NCBI RefSeq assembly: GCF_000011805.1
Contig: NC_006840.2
Direction: 5' to 3' (one strand)
From: Aliivibrio fischeri ES114
Lineage (GTDB): Bacteria; Pseudomonadota; Gammaproteobacteria; Enterobacterales; Vibrionaceae
Length of the DNA stretch: 32,000 nt
Of this stretch, positions 1 to 12,562 are shown one piece after another. Under the pieces are notes generated by a model. The model ran no database searches and was not told the DNA's origin. It saw nothing but the letters and a program-made list of their open reading frames with translations. The position numbers and the translations under genes are program-made. Each line of letters opens with the position of its first letter. Within the stretch, counting starts at the first letter, position 1.

Positions 1-731
<731 letters not shown>

Positions 732-797
732 TTACTTTTCTTTAATTTAAAAGCTAAAAATAGCCGCCCAACATTGGACAGCTACTCGTAAATCCTA

Positions 798-2441
<1,644 letters not shown>

Positions 2442-2569
2442 TTACCTGAAATTGGTGTAATGAGGAATAAAAATGGATTTCATCTGGACGGGAAGTGAAT
2501 ATACCAGAACCGCTTTATCGCCACAACGTGAAAAGTATCACAGTTAATTGATTTATTTTTTGCTCCAAA

Positions 2570-3391
2570 TCAATTCCGCTCACTTCGTTTAATTTTTTCC
2601 CACTCCAAATCTAGCTCATTTAATTCACATTGCTCTATTTTTTTGCCTTTTTTAGCGACGTTCGCTTCAATTTGACGAAAACGACGCTCAAATTTGTTAT
2701 TTGCTTTGCTTAAAACTTGCTCTGGATTTTTTTCTAAATGACGCACTAGATTTACCGTGGCAAAAAGTAGATCGCCTAATTCTTCTTCTACTTTTTCTTC
2801 ATTTCTGGGTACTTTATAGACCTCTTCTAGCACTTCCGCCACTTCTTCATTTACTTTATTTGCAACAGGTTGTAACTCATCCCAGTCAAAGCCAACTTTA
2901 GCACACTGTTTTTGTATTTTATTTGCTCTTAACAAACTTGGTAAAGCCGTTGGGATCGTATCTAGAATACTTTCTTGAACAGTCGTTTGTTGGTTGCTTT
3001 TCTCTTTATCTAAACGCTCTTGCTGTTTTACTTTATCCCAATTAGCTGCAATTTCAGCATCAGATGAAAAATTCTCTTCACCGAACACGTGTGGATGACG
3101 ACGGATCAATTTTGCGTTTAATGTTTCTAGTACGTCATTAAAATCGAACAATTGCTCTTCTTGAGCGATTTGAGCATAGAAAACCACTTGAAACAGTAAA
3201 TCTCCCAACTCTTCTTTTAAATTACTCCAGTCCTTTTTATGAATTGCATCCACCACTTCATATGTTTCTTCTATGGTATGCGGAACAATAGAATCAAAGG
3301 TTTGTTTTTTATCCCAAGGGCACCCTTTCTTTTCGTCTCTTAGTTGAGTCATGATAGAGAGTAACTGTTCAATATTATTTGGGGTAGTCAT
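2570..3391 (-). CDS. mazG: Nucleoside triphosphate pyrophosphohydrolase MazG. The start is probably MTTPNN at 3391, not the upstream start at 3421.
   Basis: Protein contains LRDEKKGCPWDKKQTFDSIVPHTIEETYEV and a repeated EE..E..D/LGDLLF motif. Genomic context is eno-pyrG-mazG. Confidence 0.93.
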   Translation of the reverse strand: MTTPNNIEQLLSIMTQLRDEKKGCPWDKKQTFDSIVPHTIEETYEVVDAIHKKDWSNLKEELGDLLFQVVFYAQIAQEEQLFDFNDVLETLNAKLIRRHPHVFGEENFSSDAEIAANWDKVKQQERLDKEKSNQQTTVQESILDTIPTALPSLLRANKIQKQCAKVGFDWDELQPVANKVNEEVAEVLEEVYKVPRNEEKVEEELGDLLFATVNLVRHLEKNPEQVLSKANNKFERRFRQIEANVAKKGKKIEQCELNELDLEWEKIKRSERN

Positions 3392-3423
3392 ATTTATTCC
3401 CTGTGATTGGTATAAAAACAAAA

Positions 3424-3453
3424 AAAGCTGTGACCATTATAGTCACAGCTTTC
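3424..3453 (-). terminator. Hairpin between the flagellin gene and mazG, likely the flagellin terminator
   Basis: Inverted repeat AAGCTGTGAC (3425-3434) / GTCACAGCTT (3442-3451), followed by a T-run when read on the minus strand. Confidence 0.75.
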
Positions 3454-3485
3454 TTAATCTCGATGAATTTTAATTTTTTGGCAAA

Positions 3486-4619
3486 TTAGCCTAATAGACT
3501 TACTGCCGCATTTGGCGCTTGTTTAGCTTGTGCCAAAATAGATGAGCTTGATTGGCTTAAGATCTGGCTCTTAGTTAAATTTGTTGTTTCTTTAGCGAAA
3601 TCAGTATCTTTAATCTGACTATTAGAGTCAGAGATATTTTCGTTGATGTTCGTTAAGTTTTTAATCGCACTATCAAAACGGTTTTGGATTGCACCTAATG
3701 AAGCACGGTTGCTATCTACGTATTCTAGAGCTGCATCGATAACGTCAATTGAACGCTGTGCACCGCCAACGGTAGTTAAATCCATTGATGCTACTGTATC
3801 ATCAGATTCGCCACCCATTTTTAGTTCATTAGCTAATGAACCGCTAAATTCTAATGGAGAAGAGATCGTCTCACCTGACATGAATACTTGAAGTACACCA
3901 TCTTCAGTAACAGATGCGCTTAACTCATTTGTTTGACCGTTAATGTAAGTCGCTAACTCTTCAATATCATCACCTGTTTTTGCTGTGATATTGATTTCTT
4001 GAGCGTTACCATTCTTATCATTGTAAGACACATTGAATTGCGTATTCTCTGCACCTACTTTCCAGTTAATGTCACGACCTTCTTCAGCAAAGTAAGATTT
4101 ACCGCCCATTGTTGCTTCATCAGCACGCATGCTATTAAGTGTTACAGCAACTGCTTCACCTGAATCTGCACCAATTTGGAATGATTTAGTACCAAATTCG
4201 CCGTTAATTAAGCGTGTACCCGCAAAAGATGTTGTTTCAGCAATACGGTTTAATTCATCAGTTAATGAACTTGCTTCTTCTTGCATTGCAGCACGATCAG
4301 CATCAGTGTTTGAACCGTTCGCAGATTGAAGAGATAAGTCACGTAGGCGTTGAAGAACGTTAGTTGTTTCCTTCATTGCACCTTCAGCAGTTTGCGTAAT
4401 AGACATACCTTCATGTGCATTTCGTACTGCCACGTTTAGACCACGACTTTGCGCAGTCATACGGTTTGAAATTTGTAGACCAGAAGCATCATCAGCAGCA
4501 CTGTTAATTTTCGAACCTGAAGACAATTTTTCCATTGAATCAGTTTGGGCAGCAGTTGCATTGTTCATGTAACGTTGTGCTGTCATTGCCGAGATATTTG
4601 TATTTACTGAAATTGCCAT
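3486..4619 (-). CDS. Polar flagellin, solitary (resembles the unlinked FlaF-type flagellin of Aliivibrio)
   Basis: [50 protein letters not shown]... at the N-terminus and ...[32 protein letters not shown] at the C-terminus are the conserved flagellin D0/D1 ends. Confidence 0.96.
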   Translation of the reverse strand: MAISVNTNISAMTAQRYMNNATAAQTDSMEKLSSGSKINSAADDASGLQISNRMTAQSRGLNVAVRNAHEGMSITQTAEGAMKETTNVLQRLRDLSLQSANGSNTDADRAAMQEEASSLTDELNRIAETTSFAGTRLINGEFGTKSFQIGADSGEAVAVTLNSMRADEATMGGKSYFAEEGRDINWKVGAENTQFNVSYNDKNGNAQEINITAKTGDDIEELATYINGQTNELSASVTEDGVLQVFMSGETISSPLEFSGSLANELKMGGESDDTVASMDLTTVGGAQRSIDVIDAALEYVDSNRASLGAIQNRFDSAIKNLTNINENISDSNSQIKDTDFAKETTNLTKSQILSQSSSSILAQAKQAPNAAVSLLG

Positions 4620-4690
4620 TGTATTTGCTCCGGTCAGGCTTCATTTATTGTTATAGGGTTGAAGCCTATAATTCATCGTTGATACACATA

Positions 4691-4717
4691 TTTACGGCCT
4701 ACAATTTCAGAACTTGA
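4691..4717 (-). promoter_or_regulatory. Candidate sigma28 (FliA) promoter of the flagellin gene
   Basis: Minus strand reads TCAAGTTC (4717-4710) - 11 nt - GCCGTAAA (4698-4691). This is close to the enterobacterial consensus TAAAGTTT-N11-GCCGATAA and lies about 70 nt upstream of the flagellin ATG. Confidence 0.75.
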
Positions 4718-4733
4718 GATTTTTTTTCAATAA

Positions 4734-4769
4734 AAAAGCCGAATATTTTAAAAAATATCCGGCTTTAAT
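4734..4769 (-). terminator. Rho-independent terminator downstream of relA
   Basis: Minus strand AAAGCCGGATATTTTTTAAAATATTCGGCTTTTTTATTG: a strong stem with a T-rich tail. Confidence 0.85.
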
Positions 4770-4812
4770 CTATCTTATTGATAAAACAGTTAATTTATTT
4801 TCTCTATAACGA

Positions 4813-7050
4813 TTATGACAAGCGAATGGCTTCCATTACATCTTTAACTTGTTCAACTCGTGTAATCAATCGACCAACAATATCCGCATTAAAGACCTCA
4901 AGATCAAAGTCCATGATGGTTAACTGCTTCTTGTAATCATTACGGCTTTTCATGCCTGACACTTTGACTTTTTCATTAGCAAATAGAGTCGTTAGATCCT
5001 TTAACAGCCCAGTTCGATCCATTGCTGTAATACGTAAAGTCAGGATATAAGAGCCAACAAAACCACTTCCCCATACCGTATCAATAATACGTTCTGAAGC
5101 ATGATGACGAAGCTCGTTTAGTTGATCACAGTCACTGCGGTGAACTGAAATACCACGACCTTGTGTAATATACCCTGCAATTGGGTCACCCGGGATTGGC
5201 TGACAACAACGCGCTAAATGCGTCATTAAGTTATCAACCCCTTCAACAACAACTGCATCTTTACGTTGTTTGCTCTGTGCTTGTGCCTGAGCTTGCGCTT
5301 TTGCTTCTGATTCTTGAAGTTGCTCAAGCGCCTTTTGATCTTCTTGCTCTGCCGTTGGTTTATTTACTAGCGCATTGATGTGATTTACGATCTGGTTAAT
5401 ACGAAGATCACCACTACCAATCCCAGCAAAAAGCTCATCAGTTGAATTTACATTGAAACGCTTAAGAGCATAACGCTCAGCATCTTTCAATGTTCCACCA
5501 ATTTTAGCTAATTCAACTTCAAGGATCTCTTTACCTGCGTCTAGGTTTTTCTCACGACTTTGCTTTCTAAACCACGCATTAATCTTAGCGCGAGCACGAC
5601 TTGAGTTAACAAAACCCAATGTTGGATTTAACCAATCACGTGATGGGTTTGGTTCTTTTTGAGTGATAATTTCAACTTGATCACCCATTGATAATTGATG
5701 CGTGAAAGGAACAATACGTCCACCAACCTTAGCACCAATACAACGATGTCCTACTTCTGAGTGAATATGATAGGCAAAGTCGAGTGGCGTTGCTCCCATG
5801 GGTAAATCGACCACATCACCGCGAGGGGTAAAGGCATAAACACGATCATCAAATACTTGGCTACGAAGTTCATCCAGCATTTCGCCCGAATCAGACATCT
5901 CTTCTTGCCAATCAAGTAACTTACGTAACCATGTGATTTTTTCATCATAACCACTACGGCTGTTACTACCCGGACCTTCTTTGTATTTCCAGTGAGCAGC
6001 AACTCCTAACTCAGAGTCTTCATGCATGTCCTTGGTACGGATCTGAATTTCTATGGTTTTACCTTCAGGACCAAGAACAACTGTATGAATTGATTGATAA
6101 CCATTGGGTTTTGGGTTTGCCACATAGTCATCAAACTCACTTGGTAGGTGTTTAAATTTGGTATGAACAACACCTAAAGCCGCATAACAATCTTGCAGTT
6201 TATCAGCAATAATTCGAACAGCTCGAACATCAAAAAGCTCATCAAAGGCTAAGCTTTTCTTCTGCATTTTTCGCCAAATGCTGTAGATGTGTTTAGGCCT
6301 ACCGCTTACTTCAGCATTGATATTGCATACTTTCATCTCATCACTTAAATCAGTGACAAAATCATGGATGTATTGCTCTCGAACAATTCTTCGTTCTGAA
6401 AGTTGTTTCGCGATTTTTTTATAGGTATCCGGTTGTTGGTAGCGGAAAGAGTAATCCTCAATTTCCCACTTTAATTGACCAATACCTAGACGGTTAGCAA
6501 GCGGAGCATAAATATTATTACACTCTTTCGCAGCAGCACGACGCACTTCATCTGGCTCATTTTTCACTTCACGTAAGTTACAAATACGCTCCGCTAATTT
6601 AATGATCACACAACGAAAATCATCCACCATAGCCAGTAGCATACGACGAATATTATCGACTTGGTTTGATGCTGACTCAGGCCCTACAGTAGCATTAAGT
6701 TGTCCAATTGAGTCCATCTCTTCGACGCCTTCAATTAACTTTTCAATTTCTTTACTGTAATGCTCTGTGAGGGTTTCTTTATCAAGAAGACCACTCGACA
6801 CCAATGGGAAAAGTTGTGCAGCAACCAGTGTGGCTTTATCCATACTTAGAGTGATTAAAATTTCAATCATCTCTCGGCCACGCCATAGCAATAGCTGACC
6901 ATTTTCATGGGACGCCACTAACTCCTGACAATGCTGGTAAACCTCTGTCAGTTTTTTTGAAGTGGGTTTATCTTGTTCGAGGCTGTCTATCCATTCAGCT
7001 AACTCGAACGTTTCATTTTCCTTTAGATGTGCTCCGCGAACTGCGACCAT
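4813..7050 (-). CDS. relA: (p)ppGpp synthetase I RelA
   Basis: Contains KRKDAVVVEGVDNLMTHLARCCQPIPGD (TGS/zinc-finger region), the synthetase motif NPKPNGYQSIHTVV, a degenerate HD domain and a C-terminal ACT domain. Flanked by rlmD and barA. Confidence 0.97.
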   Translation of the reverse strand: MVAVRGAHLKENETFELAEWIDSLEQDKPTSKKLTEVYQHCQELVASHENGQLLLWRGREMIEILITLSMDKATLVAAQLFPLVSSGLLDKETLTEHYSKEIEKLIEGVEEMDSIGQLNATVGPESASNQVDNIRRMLLAMVDDFRCVIIKLAERICNLREVKNEPDEVRRAAAKECNNIYAPLANRLGIGQLKWEIEDYSFRYQQPDTYKKIAKQLSERRIVREQYIHDFVTDLSDEMKVCNINAEVSGRPKHIYSIWRKMQKKSLAFDELFDVRAVRIIADKLQDCYAALGVVHTKFKHLPSEFDDYVANPKPNGYQSIHTVVLGPEGKTIEIQIRTKDMHEDSELGVAAHWKYKEGPGSNSRSGYDEKITWLRKLLDWQEEMSDSGEMLDELRSQVFDDRVYAFTPRGDVVDLPMGATPLDFAYHIHSEVGHRCIGAKVGGRIVPFTHQLSMGDQVEIITQKEPNPSRDWLNPTLGFVNSSRARAKINAWFRKQSREKNLDAGKEILEVELAKIGGTLKDAERYALKRFNVNSTDELFAGIGSGDLRINQIVNHINALVNKPTAEQEDQKALEQLQESEAKAQAQAQAQSKQRKDAVVVEGVDNLMTHLARCCQPIPGDPIAGYITQGRGISVHRSDCDQLNELRHHASERIIDTVWGSGFVGSYILTLRITAMDRTGLLKDLTTLFANEKVKVSGMKSRNDYKKQLTIMDFDLEVFNADIVGRLITRVEQVKDVMEAIRLS

Positions 7051-7116
7051 GTCCGTTTCCTATTAATTCTCTAATCTGTAATTCTTTTGATCCCGCCTAA
7101 CGAACTCAAGAGTGAG

Positions 7117-8433
7117 TTAACGTTCAAACAATGCCATTGATTCTAAATGCCCTGTATGAGGAAACATATCAAGCATACCTAGCCTAGTTAGCTTGAAACC
7201 GTGTTGAATAAGTAATTGGCTATCGCGTGCAAGTGTTGCTGGGTTACACGAAACATAAACCACGGTTTGAGGTTTTAATTTTGCCACAGTTTCCATCACA
7301 CCTGCAGCCCCTGCTCTAGCAGGATCCAGTAAAATTTTTGTAAACTTTGTGCTAGCCCACACTTGTTCACTCACCTCTTCTTCTAAGTTAGCTTGATAAA
7401 ACGACACATTAGAAAGTTGATTTCTTTCTGCGTTCAGTTTTGCTCGCTGAACCATTTCATCAACACCTTCAATTCCCACCACTGTTTTTACTTTTTTAGC
7501 TAATGGTAGACTAAAGTTTCCTAACCCACAAAACAGATCCAATACGCTGTCATTTTCATTTAAATCTAACCAAGATAAAGCTTGCTCAACCATTTGCTCA
7601 TTCACATTACGATTTACTTGAATGAAATCTTTCGGCGTAAAATAAATTTTGGTGCCATCAATAAGATAAAATGGTTCTTCTCCACGAACATGATTTAACA
7701 CATCCGCTTCAGGCATTAGGTATAGGATTAAATTGCGTTCTTCACAATAATTAACTAACGCTTGCTGATCCTTCTCATTAAAATCTGCAACATGACGAAT
7801 AAGTAAAACACTGCCATTATCTGCTTGTACAAGCTCAACATGACCTAGGTGCTTTTTACCTTTTAACTGATTTAATAAAGTAAATAATGACTCTAAATGT
7901 TGGTCTAACTCTTGAACAAGAACAGGGCAATGGCGAACATTTACAATTGCTTTGCTCTGTTTTTTACGAAAACCAAAGTCAAGCTGATTGGTTTGTTTAT
8001 TGAGCATCAAGCTAATGCGAGCTCGACGGCGGTAACTCAGTTCCTCACCCATAATAGGCTGAACCATCTCACCTTGTGAGACACCTTGCTTTTTCATCAG
8101 TTCTTGCAGCTTTTCATTTTTCGCTACAATTTGTTCTTCATGTTGTAGATGCTGTAAGTTACACCCACCACATTCATGATAATGCTGGCAAATCGGTGTT
8201 TGGCGTTTTTCACTTTTCTGCGCTAGCTTAATCAGTTTTGCACGAGAAAATTGTTTCTTTTGCTCAATAAACTGAATGATCGCTTTTTCACCAGGCAATG
8301 CTCCCTCGATAAACACGGGTTTCTTATCAACAAAAGCAATTCCAGCTCCGTTGTGATCTAATCGAACCACATCAACTGATTGATGTTTTGTGTTTACAGA
8401 AGCTTTCTTTTTCGGTTTGAAGAATTGCGCCAT
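7117..8433 (-). CDS. rlmD: 23S rRNA (uracil-5-)-methyltransferase RlmD (RumA). The likely start is MAQFFKPKKK at 8433, not 8466.
   Basis: TRAM domain; Fe-S cysteines CQHYHECGGCNLQHL; SAM motif DLFCGLGNFSLPLA; catalytic region VYVSCNPATLARD. Neighbours barA and relA match the E. coli order. Confidence 0.93.
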   Translation of the reverse strand: MAQFFKPKKKASVNTKHQSVDVVRLDHNGAGIAFVDKKPVFIEGALPGEKAIIQFIEQKKQFSRAKLIKLAQKSEKRQTPICQHYHECGGCNLQHLQHEEQIVAKNEKLQELMKKQGVSQGEMVQPIMGEELSYRRRARISLMLNKQTNQLDFGFRKKQSKAIVNVRHCPVLVQELDQHLESLFTLLNQLKGKKHLGHVELVQADNGSVLLIRHVADFNEKDQQALVNYCEERNLILYLMPEADVLNHVRGEEPFYLIDGTKIYFTPKDFIQVNRNVNEQMVEQALSWLDLNENDSVLDLFCGLGNFSLPLAKKVKTVVGIEGVDEMVQRAKLNAERNQLSNVSFYQANLEEEVSEQVWASTKFTKILLDPARAGAAGVMETVAKLKPQTVVYVSCNPATLARDSQLLIQHGFKLTRLGMLDMFPHTGHLESMALFER

Positions 8434-8596
8434 TATTACTGCCTGGTTTACAAAAATTAGCTCCATTATACCGAAACCATATGAAGATGCAGTCTTGATT
8501 TACGTTCTATCTTGCGCTTTCGACAGAGAATAATTGAGCTTAGCCTCTAAGTTGATTAAGCTACGCCCTCAAGGAAGTTAAACGAATCGAATTTAT

Positions 8597-11392
8597 ATGA
8601 AAAAATACGGCCTACGTGCACGAGTCATAACGCTAACATTAGCGCCTACATTAATTATCGGGTTACTGCTAAGTGGTTTTTTTACCATGAACCGATACAA
8701 TGACTTAGAGAATCAATTAATCTCTAGTGGCACAAGTATTATTGAACCTCTTGCTATTTCTAGTGAATACGGAATGACAGGAAAAAACCGAGAAGCGGTT
8801 CGTCGTTTAATTAGTTACGCTCACAGAAAGCATTCCAATATAGTTCGTAGTATTGCCGTATTTGATGAACATCATGAGCTTTTTGTTACCTCTAACTTCC
8901 ATCCAAACTTTGAAAGCTTAACGTTTCCTAAAGATAAACCCATTCCATTACTTCTTGATATTTCCTTTCAAGAAGAATCTCTGATTTTAAGAACCCCTAT
9001 TCTTCCTGAAGGTAAGTTCTCAGCCAACTTCGACTCCTCTCATATCAATGAGCCATTAGGTTATATTGCCATTGAACTTGATCTTTCTAGCTTACGCTTA
9101 CAGCAATACCAAGAGATATTCTCTGCGTTACTCGTTCTTGCTTTAGGTTTAGGTCTATCCGGTATCTTTGCTTATCGTTTAATGCAAGATGTGACTCAAC
9201 CTATCTCACACATGGTAAGTGTGGTTGATAGGATCCGCCGTGGCCACTTAGATGTTCGTATTGAAAATAAACTGCATGGTGAATTAGATACCCTAAAAAA
9301 TGGTATCAACGCCATGGCTATCTCACTATCTGAATACCATGTCGAAATGCAACAAAGTATCGACCAAGCAACCTCTGATCTTCGAGAAACCTTAGAACAG
9401 TTAGAGATTCAAAACGTTGAGTTAGATATTGCGAAAAAACGTGCTCAAGAAGCCGCTCGTGTGAAATCTGAATTCTTGGCAAACATGTCACACGAGTTAA
9501 GAACACCGCTTAATGGTGTAATTGGTTTTACTCGACAAATGCTAAAAACCTCATTGTCTGAGAACCAGCAGGATTATCTACAAACGATTGAACGTTCAGC
9601 GAATAACTTACTGACAATCATCAACGATATTTTAGACTTCTCTAAACTGGAAGCGGGTAAACTACTGTTAGAAAACCTACCATTTGATTTCCAAGATAGT
9701 CTTGATGAAGTCGTTAGTTTATTAGCACCAAGTGCTCACGAGAAAGGATTAGAAATCACCCTAAAAATTGATCAACGTGTACCATCTGGCTTAATCGGCG
9801 ATCCACTACGTATTCAACAGGTTCTCAATAACTTAGTAGGTAATGCGATCAAGTTTACCGAAAAAGGCAACATTGATATTTCCGTTGAGTTAAAACACTT
9901 AACTGATGATTACGTTGACCTGCAGTTTGTAGTTCGTGACACCGGCATTGGTATTTCTGAACGCCAACAAGCGCAACTTTTCCAAGCATTTAGCCAAGCG
10001 GATGCCAGTATTTCTCGTCGCTACGGCGGTACAGGTTTAGGCCTTGTTATTACCCAGAAACTGATTTCTCAAATGGGCGGTGAGATCGGCTTAAGCAGTC
10101 GTCTACACCAAGGTTCTACTTTCTGGTTTACGATCAGAATGAACCCAACGGATCTGCCTATGCTGAATGAACATGATATCACTCAGCTTGAAAGGAAAAA
10201 GCTGTTGCTTATCGAGCCAAATATGCAATCAGCTTCTATTTTGCAGCAACAATTTATTAGTCATGGTGTCTTTGTTACTTATCGTTCAACACTACCTGAG
10301 ATTATAGAGCCACATGACTACGCGTTGATCAGTTTAAGCTCGAACTCAAAACCGAGTATTGAAACGATCCAAGAGATGACATCTCAACTTTCAGCTAACT
10401 GCTCAACGATCATCGTAGGTCTACCAAGTACAGAGCTTGCTTTAACTGACGAACTAAACCAGTTCTCGCATATTACGTGTCTATCCAAACCGTTTGCGAA
10501 GAAAAAGCTATTAGACGCTCTACTTGTTGAGAAAGATCTGCAACCCGTTCCTGAGTTGCCTGATTTAATGGCTCATGCTTCTGAAGAGCAAAAATTACCA
10601 ATTAAAGTCATGGCTGTTGATGATAACCCAGCTAACTTGAAACTGATTTCAGCACTATTAAGTGAGCAAGTAGAAACCGTTATTACCTGTGATAATGGTT
10701 TAGATGCTGTTCAACAAGCCACAGAGCAGCACTTCGACATTATTCTTATGGACATCCAAATGCCGAAAATGGATGGGGTAATGGCATGTAAAGAAATACG
10801 TAAAACAGCACTAAATGCACAAACACCAGTGGTTGCTGTTACTGCCCATGCTATGGAGGGTGAGCGTGAACGCTTAATTAGTGAAGGGATGGATGACTAC
10901 CTAACTAAGCCAATCGAAGAGCATGTTTTACAACAGGTGATCATTCACTGGAGTCCATTAACTGACAACAGCGACGTTGAAAAAATCACAATATTAGCTG
11001 ATGCAATTCCTGAACTTCATGTTGAAGAAGCCAATGATAAAGTCATGGGCAGTATCGATTGGGAAGCGGCATTAAAACAATCTGCGGGGAAAGAAGATCT
11101 TGCACAAGAAATGTTACAGATGTTGGTTGATTTCATCCCTGAAGTGAATGAGTGGATTGATAAGGCGCTAGAAAGTGACATTTCAGAAGAAGAGCTTTGT
11201 CATTATATTCATAAGCTACACGGCAGTAGTTCATATTGCGGTGTTCCACGCTTAAAGCAACTGTGTAATTTAATTGAAACGTCATTACGACAGCATCAAA
11301 CTATCTCAGATATTGAACCAGAACTGTTTGAGCTGCAAGATGAAATGGAAAAAGTAACTAAAGATGCCAATCTGCTATTGAGCAATACATAA
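8597..11392 (+). CDS. barA: Hybrid sensor histidine kinase BarA/VarS
   Basis: N-terminal transmembrane helix and HAMP region. H-box NMSHELRTPLNGVIGFTRQ. ATPase boxes (NLVGNAIKFTEKG, GIGISERQQ, GGTGLGL). REC domain (MAVDDNPANLKL...DIILMDIQMPKMDG...TAHAMEGERE). C-terminal HPt (HKLHGSSSYCG). Confidence 0.95.
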   Translation: MKKYGLRARVITLTLAPTLIIGLLLSGFFTMNRYNDLENQLISSGTSIIEPLAISSEYGMTGKNREAVRRLISYAHRKHSNIVRSIAVFDEHHELFVTSNFHPNFESLTFPKDKPIPLLLDISFQEESLILRTPILPEGKFSANFDSSHINEPLGYIAIELDLSSLRLQQYQEIFSALLVLALGLGLSGIFAYRLMQDVTQPISHMVSVVDRIRRGHLDVRIENKLHGELDTLKNGINAMAISLSEYHVEMQQSIDQATSDLRETLEQLEIQNVELDIAKKRAQEAARVKSEFLANMSHELRTPLNGVIGFTRQMLKTSLSENQQDYLQTIERSANNLLTIINDILDFSKLEAGKLLLENLPFDFQDSLDEVVSLLAPSAHEKGLEITLKIDQRVPSGLIGDPLRIQQVLNNLVGNAIKFTEKGNIDISVELKHLTDDYVDLQFVVRDTGIGISERQQAQLFQAFSQADASISRRYGGTGLGLVITQKLISQMGGEIGLSSRLHQGSTFWFTIRMNPTDLPMLNEHDITQLERKKLLLIEPNMQSASILQQQFISHGVFVTYRSTLPEIIEPHDYALISLSSNSKPSIETIQEMTSQLSANCSTIIVGLPSTELALTDELNQFSHITCLSKPFAKKKLLDALLVEKDLQPVPELPDLMAHASEEQKLPIKVMAVDDNPANLKLISALLSEQVETVITCDNGLDAVQQATEQHFDIILMDIQMPKMDGVMACKEIRKTALNAQTPVVAVTAHAMEGERERLISEGMDDYLTKPIEEHVLQQVIIHWSPLTDNSDVEKITILADAIPELHVEEANDKVMGSIDWEAALKQSAGKEDLAQEMLQMLVDFIPEVNEWIDKALESDISEEELCHYIHKLHGSSSYCGVPRLKQLCNLIETSLRQHQTISDIEPELFELQDEMEKVTKDANLLLSNT

Positions 11393-11413
11393 CAGAATAT
11401 CTAATTAAATAAT

Positions 11414-11450
11414 AAAACCAACCTGAGCGTAACGTTAGGTTGGTTTTATT
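11414..11450. terminator. Bidirectional terminator between convergent barA and acpS
   Basis: AAAACCAACCT (11414-11424) / AGGTTGGTTTT (11437-11447), with an A-run on one side and a T-run on the other. Confidence 0.88.
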
Positions 11451-11831
11451 TTAAGATTCGAAAATCACGGTTGCTACTGCATAATGACGTTCATCAGAAA
11501 TAGTAAGATGAATATTCGCAATATCACTTTTTTTAGAAAGTTCTAACGCCTTTCCTGACAAGGTTAACATTGGTTTGCCATTTTCATCGTTTGAAATCGT
11601 AAAATCATGAAAAGTAACACCATGAGCAATGCCTGTGCCTAATGCTTTTGATGCGGCTTCTTTAGCAGCAAACCGCTTAGCTAAAAAACGCCCTTTCTGT
11701 TTTAACTCTTGATATTTTTCAAATTCAGACTGACTTAAAATGCGCTCTGCAAACGCATCTCCTGAACGTGAAAGGGCTTTTTCAACCCTTTCAATCTCTG
11801 CTATGTCAGTACCTAAACCAACAATTGCCAT
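11451..11831 (-). CDS. acpS: Holo-[acyl-carrier-protein] synthase
   Basis: [20 protein letters not shown]..., [16 protein letters not shown], adjacent to pdxJ. Confidence 0.97.
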
Positions 11832-12562
11832 TACTTGCGAGCACCTAACATAATACGATGCATATCAGCGACTGCTTTTTCTAAACCATCAAACATCGCT
11901 CGTCCCATAATTGAGTGACCAATGTTTAGTTCGTAGATCTCTGGCAATGCTGCGATGGCTTCTACATTATGATAAGTCAAACCATGACCAGCATTTACAA
12001 TAAGCCCTTTACTTGCTGCATAGCTTGCACCAGCTGCAATCTTCTTCAGCTCATCTTGCTGTGCTTCTTCTGTCTCTGCATCTGCATAAGCGCCGGTATG
12101 AAGCTCAATGAAAGGTGCACCACATTCAACAGCCGCATCAATTTGCTCTTTATCAGCATCAATAAACAAGGATACCTTAATGCCCGCTTCTGTTAGCTTT
12201 TGAGTTGCAGCTTTCACTTTTTCAAGCTGACCTGACACATTCAGGCCGCCTTCTGTTGTTAACTCTTCGCGTTTTTCAGGAACAAGGCAAACAAATTCAG
12301 GTTTGGTTTCTAGTGCGATCCCAACCATTTCATCTGTAACAGCCATTTCTAAATTCATTCGAGTTTGCAGCGTTTCACGTAGAATACGTACATCTCGATC
12401 TTTAATATGACGGCGATCTTCACGTAGGTGAATCGTAATACCGGCAGCACCAGCACGCTCAGCAATTTCTGCAGCGTGTACAGGATCTGGGTATTTAGTA
12501 CCTCGCGCATTTCGAAGGGTTGCTACGTGATCGATATTAACGCCAAGTAAAATTGAACTCAT
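11831..12562 (-). CDS. pdxJ: Pyridoxine 5'-phosphate synthase
   Basis: [50 protein letters not shown]... Confidence 0.98.

Noticed and set aside
3643-4329. Plus-strand ORFs inside the flagellin gene (3643-3891, 4129-4329)
   Set aside because: Antisense to an intact flagellin, with no ribosome-binding site or domain evidence.
4535-4717. Minus-strand 60-aa [18 protein letters not shown]...
   Set aside because: Overlaps the flagellin N-terminus, its leader and promoter in another frame; low complexity and no support.
5181-6002. Antisense and alternate-frame ORFs in relA
   Set aside because: No domain content; explained by frame shadowing of relA.
9318-9506. Minus-strand ORF inside barA
   Set aside because: Antisense to conserved barA HAMP/kinase coding sequence with no independent evidence.
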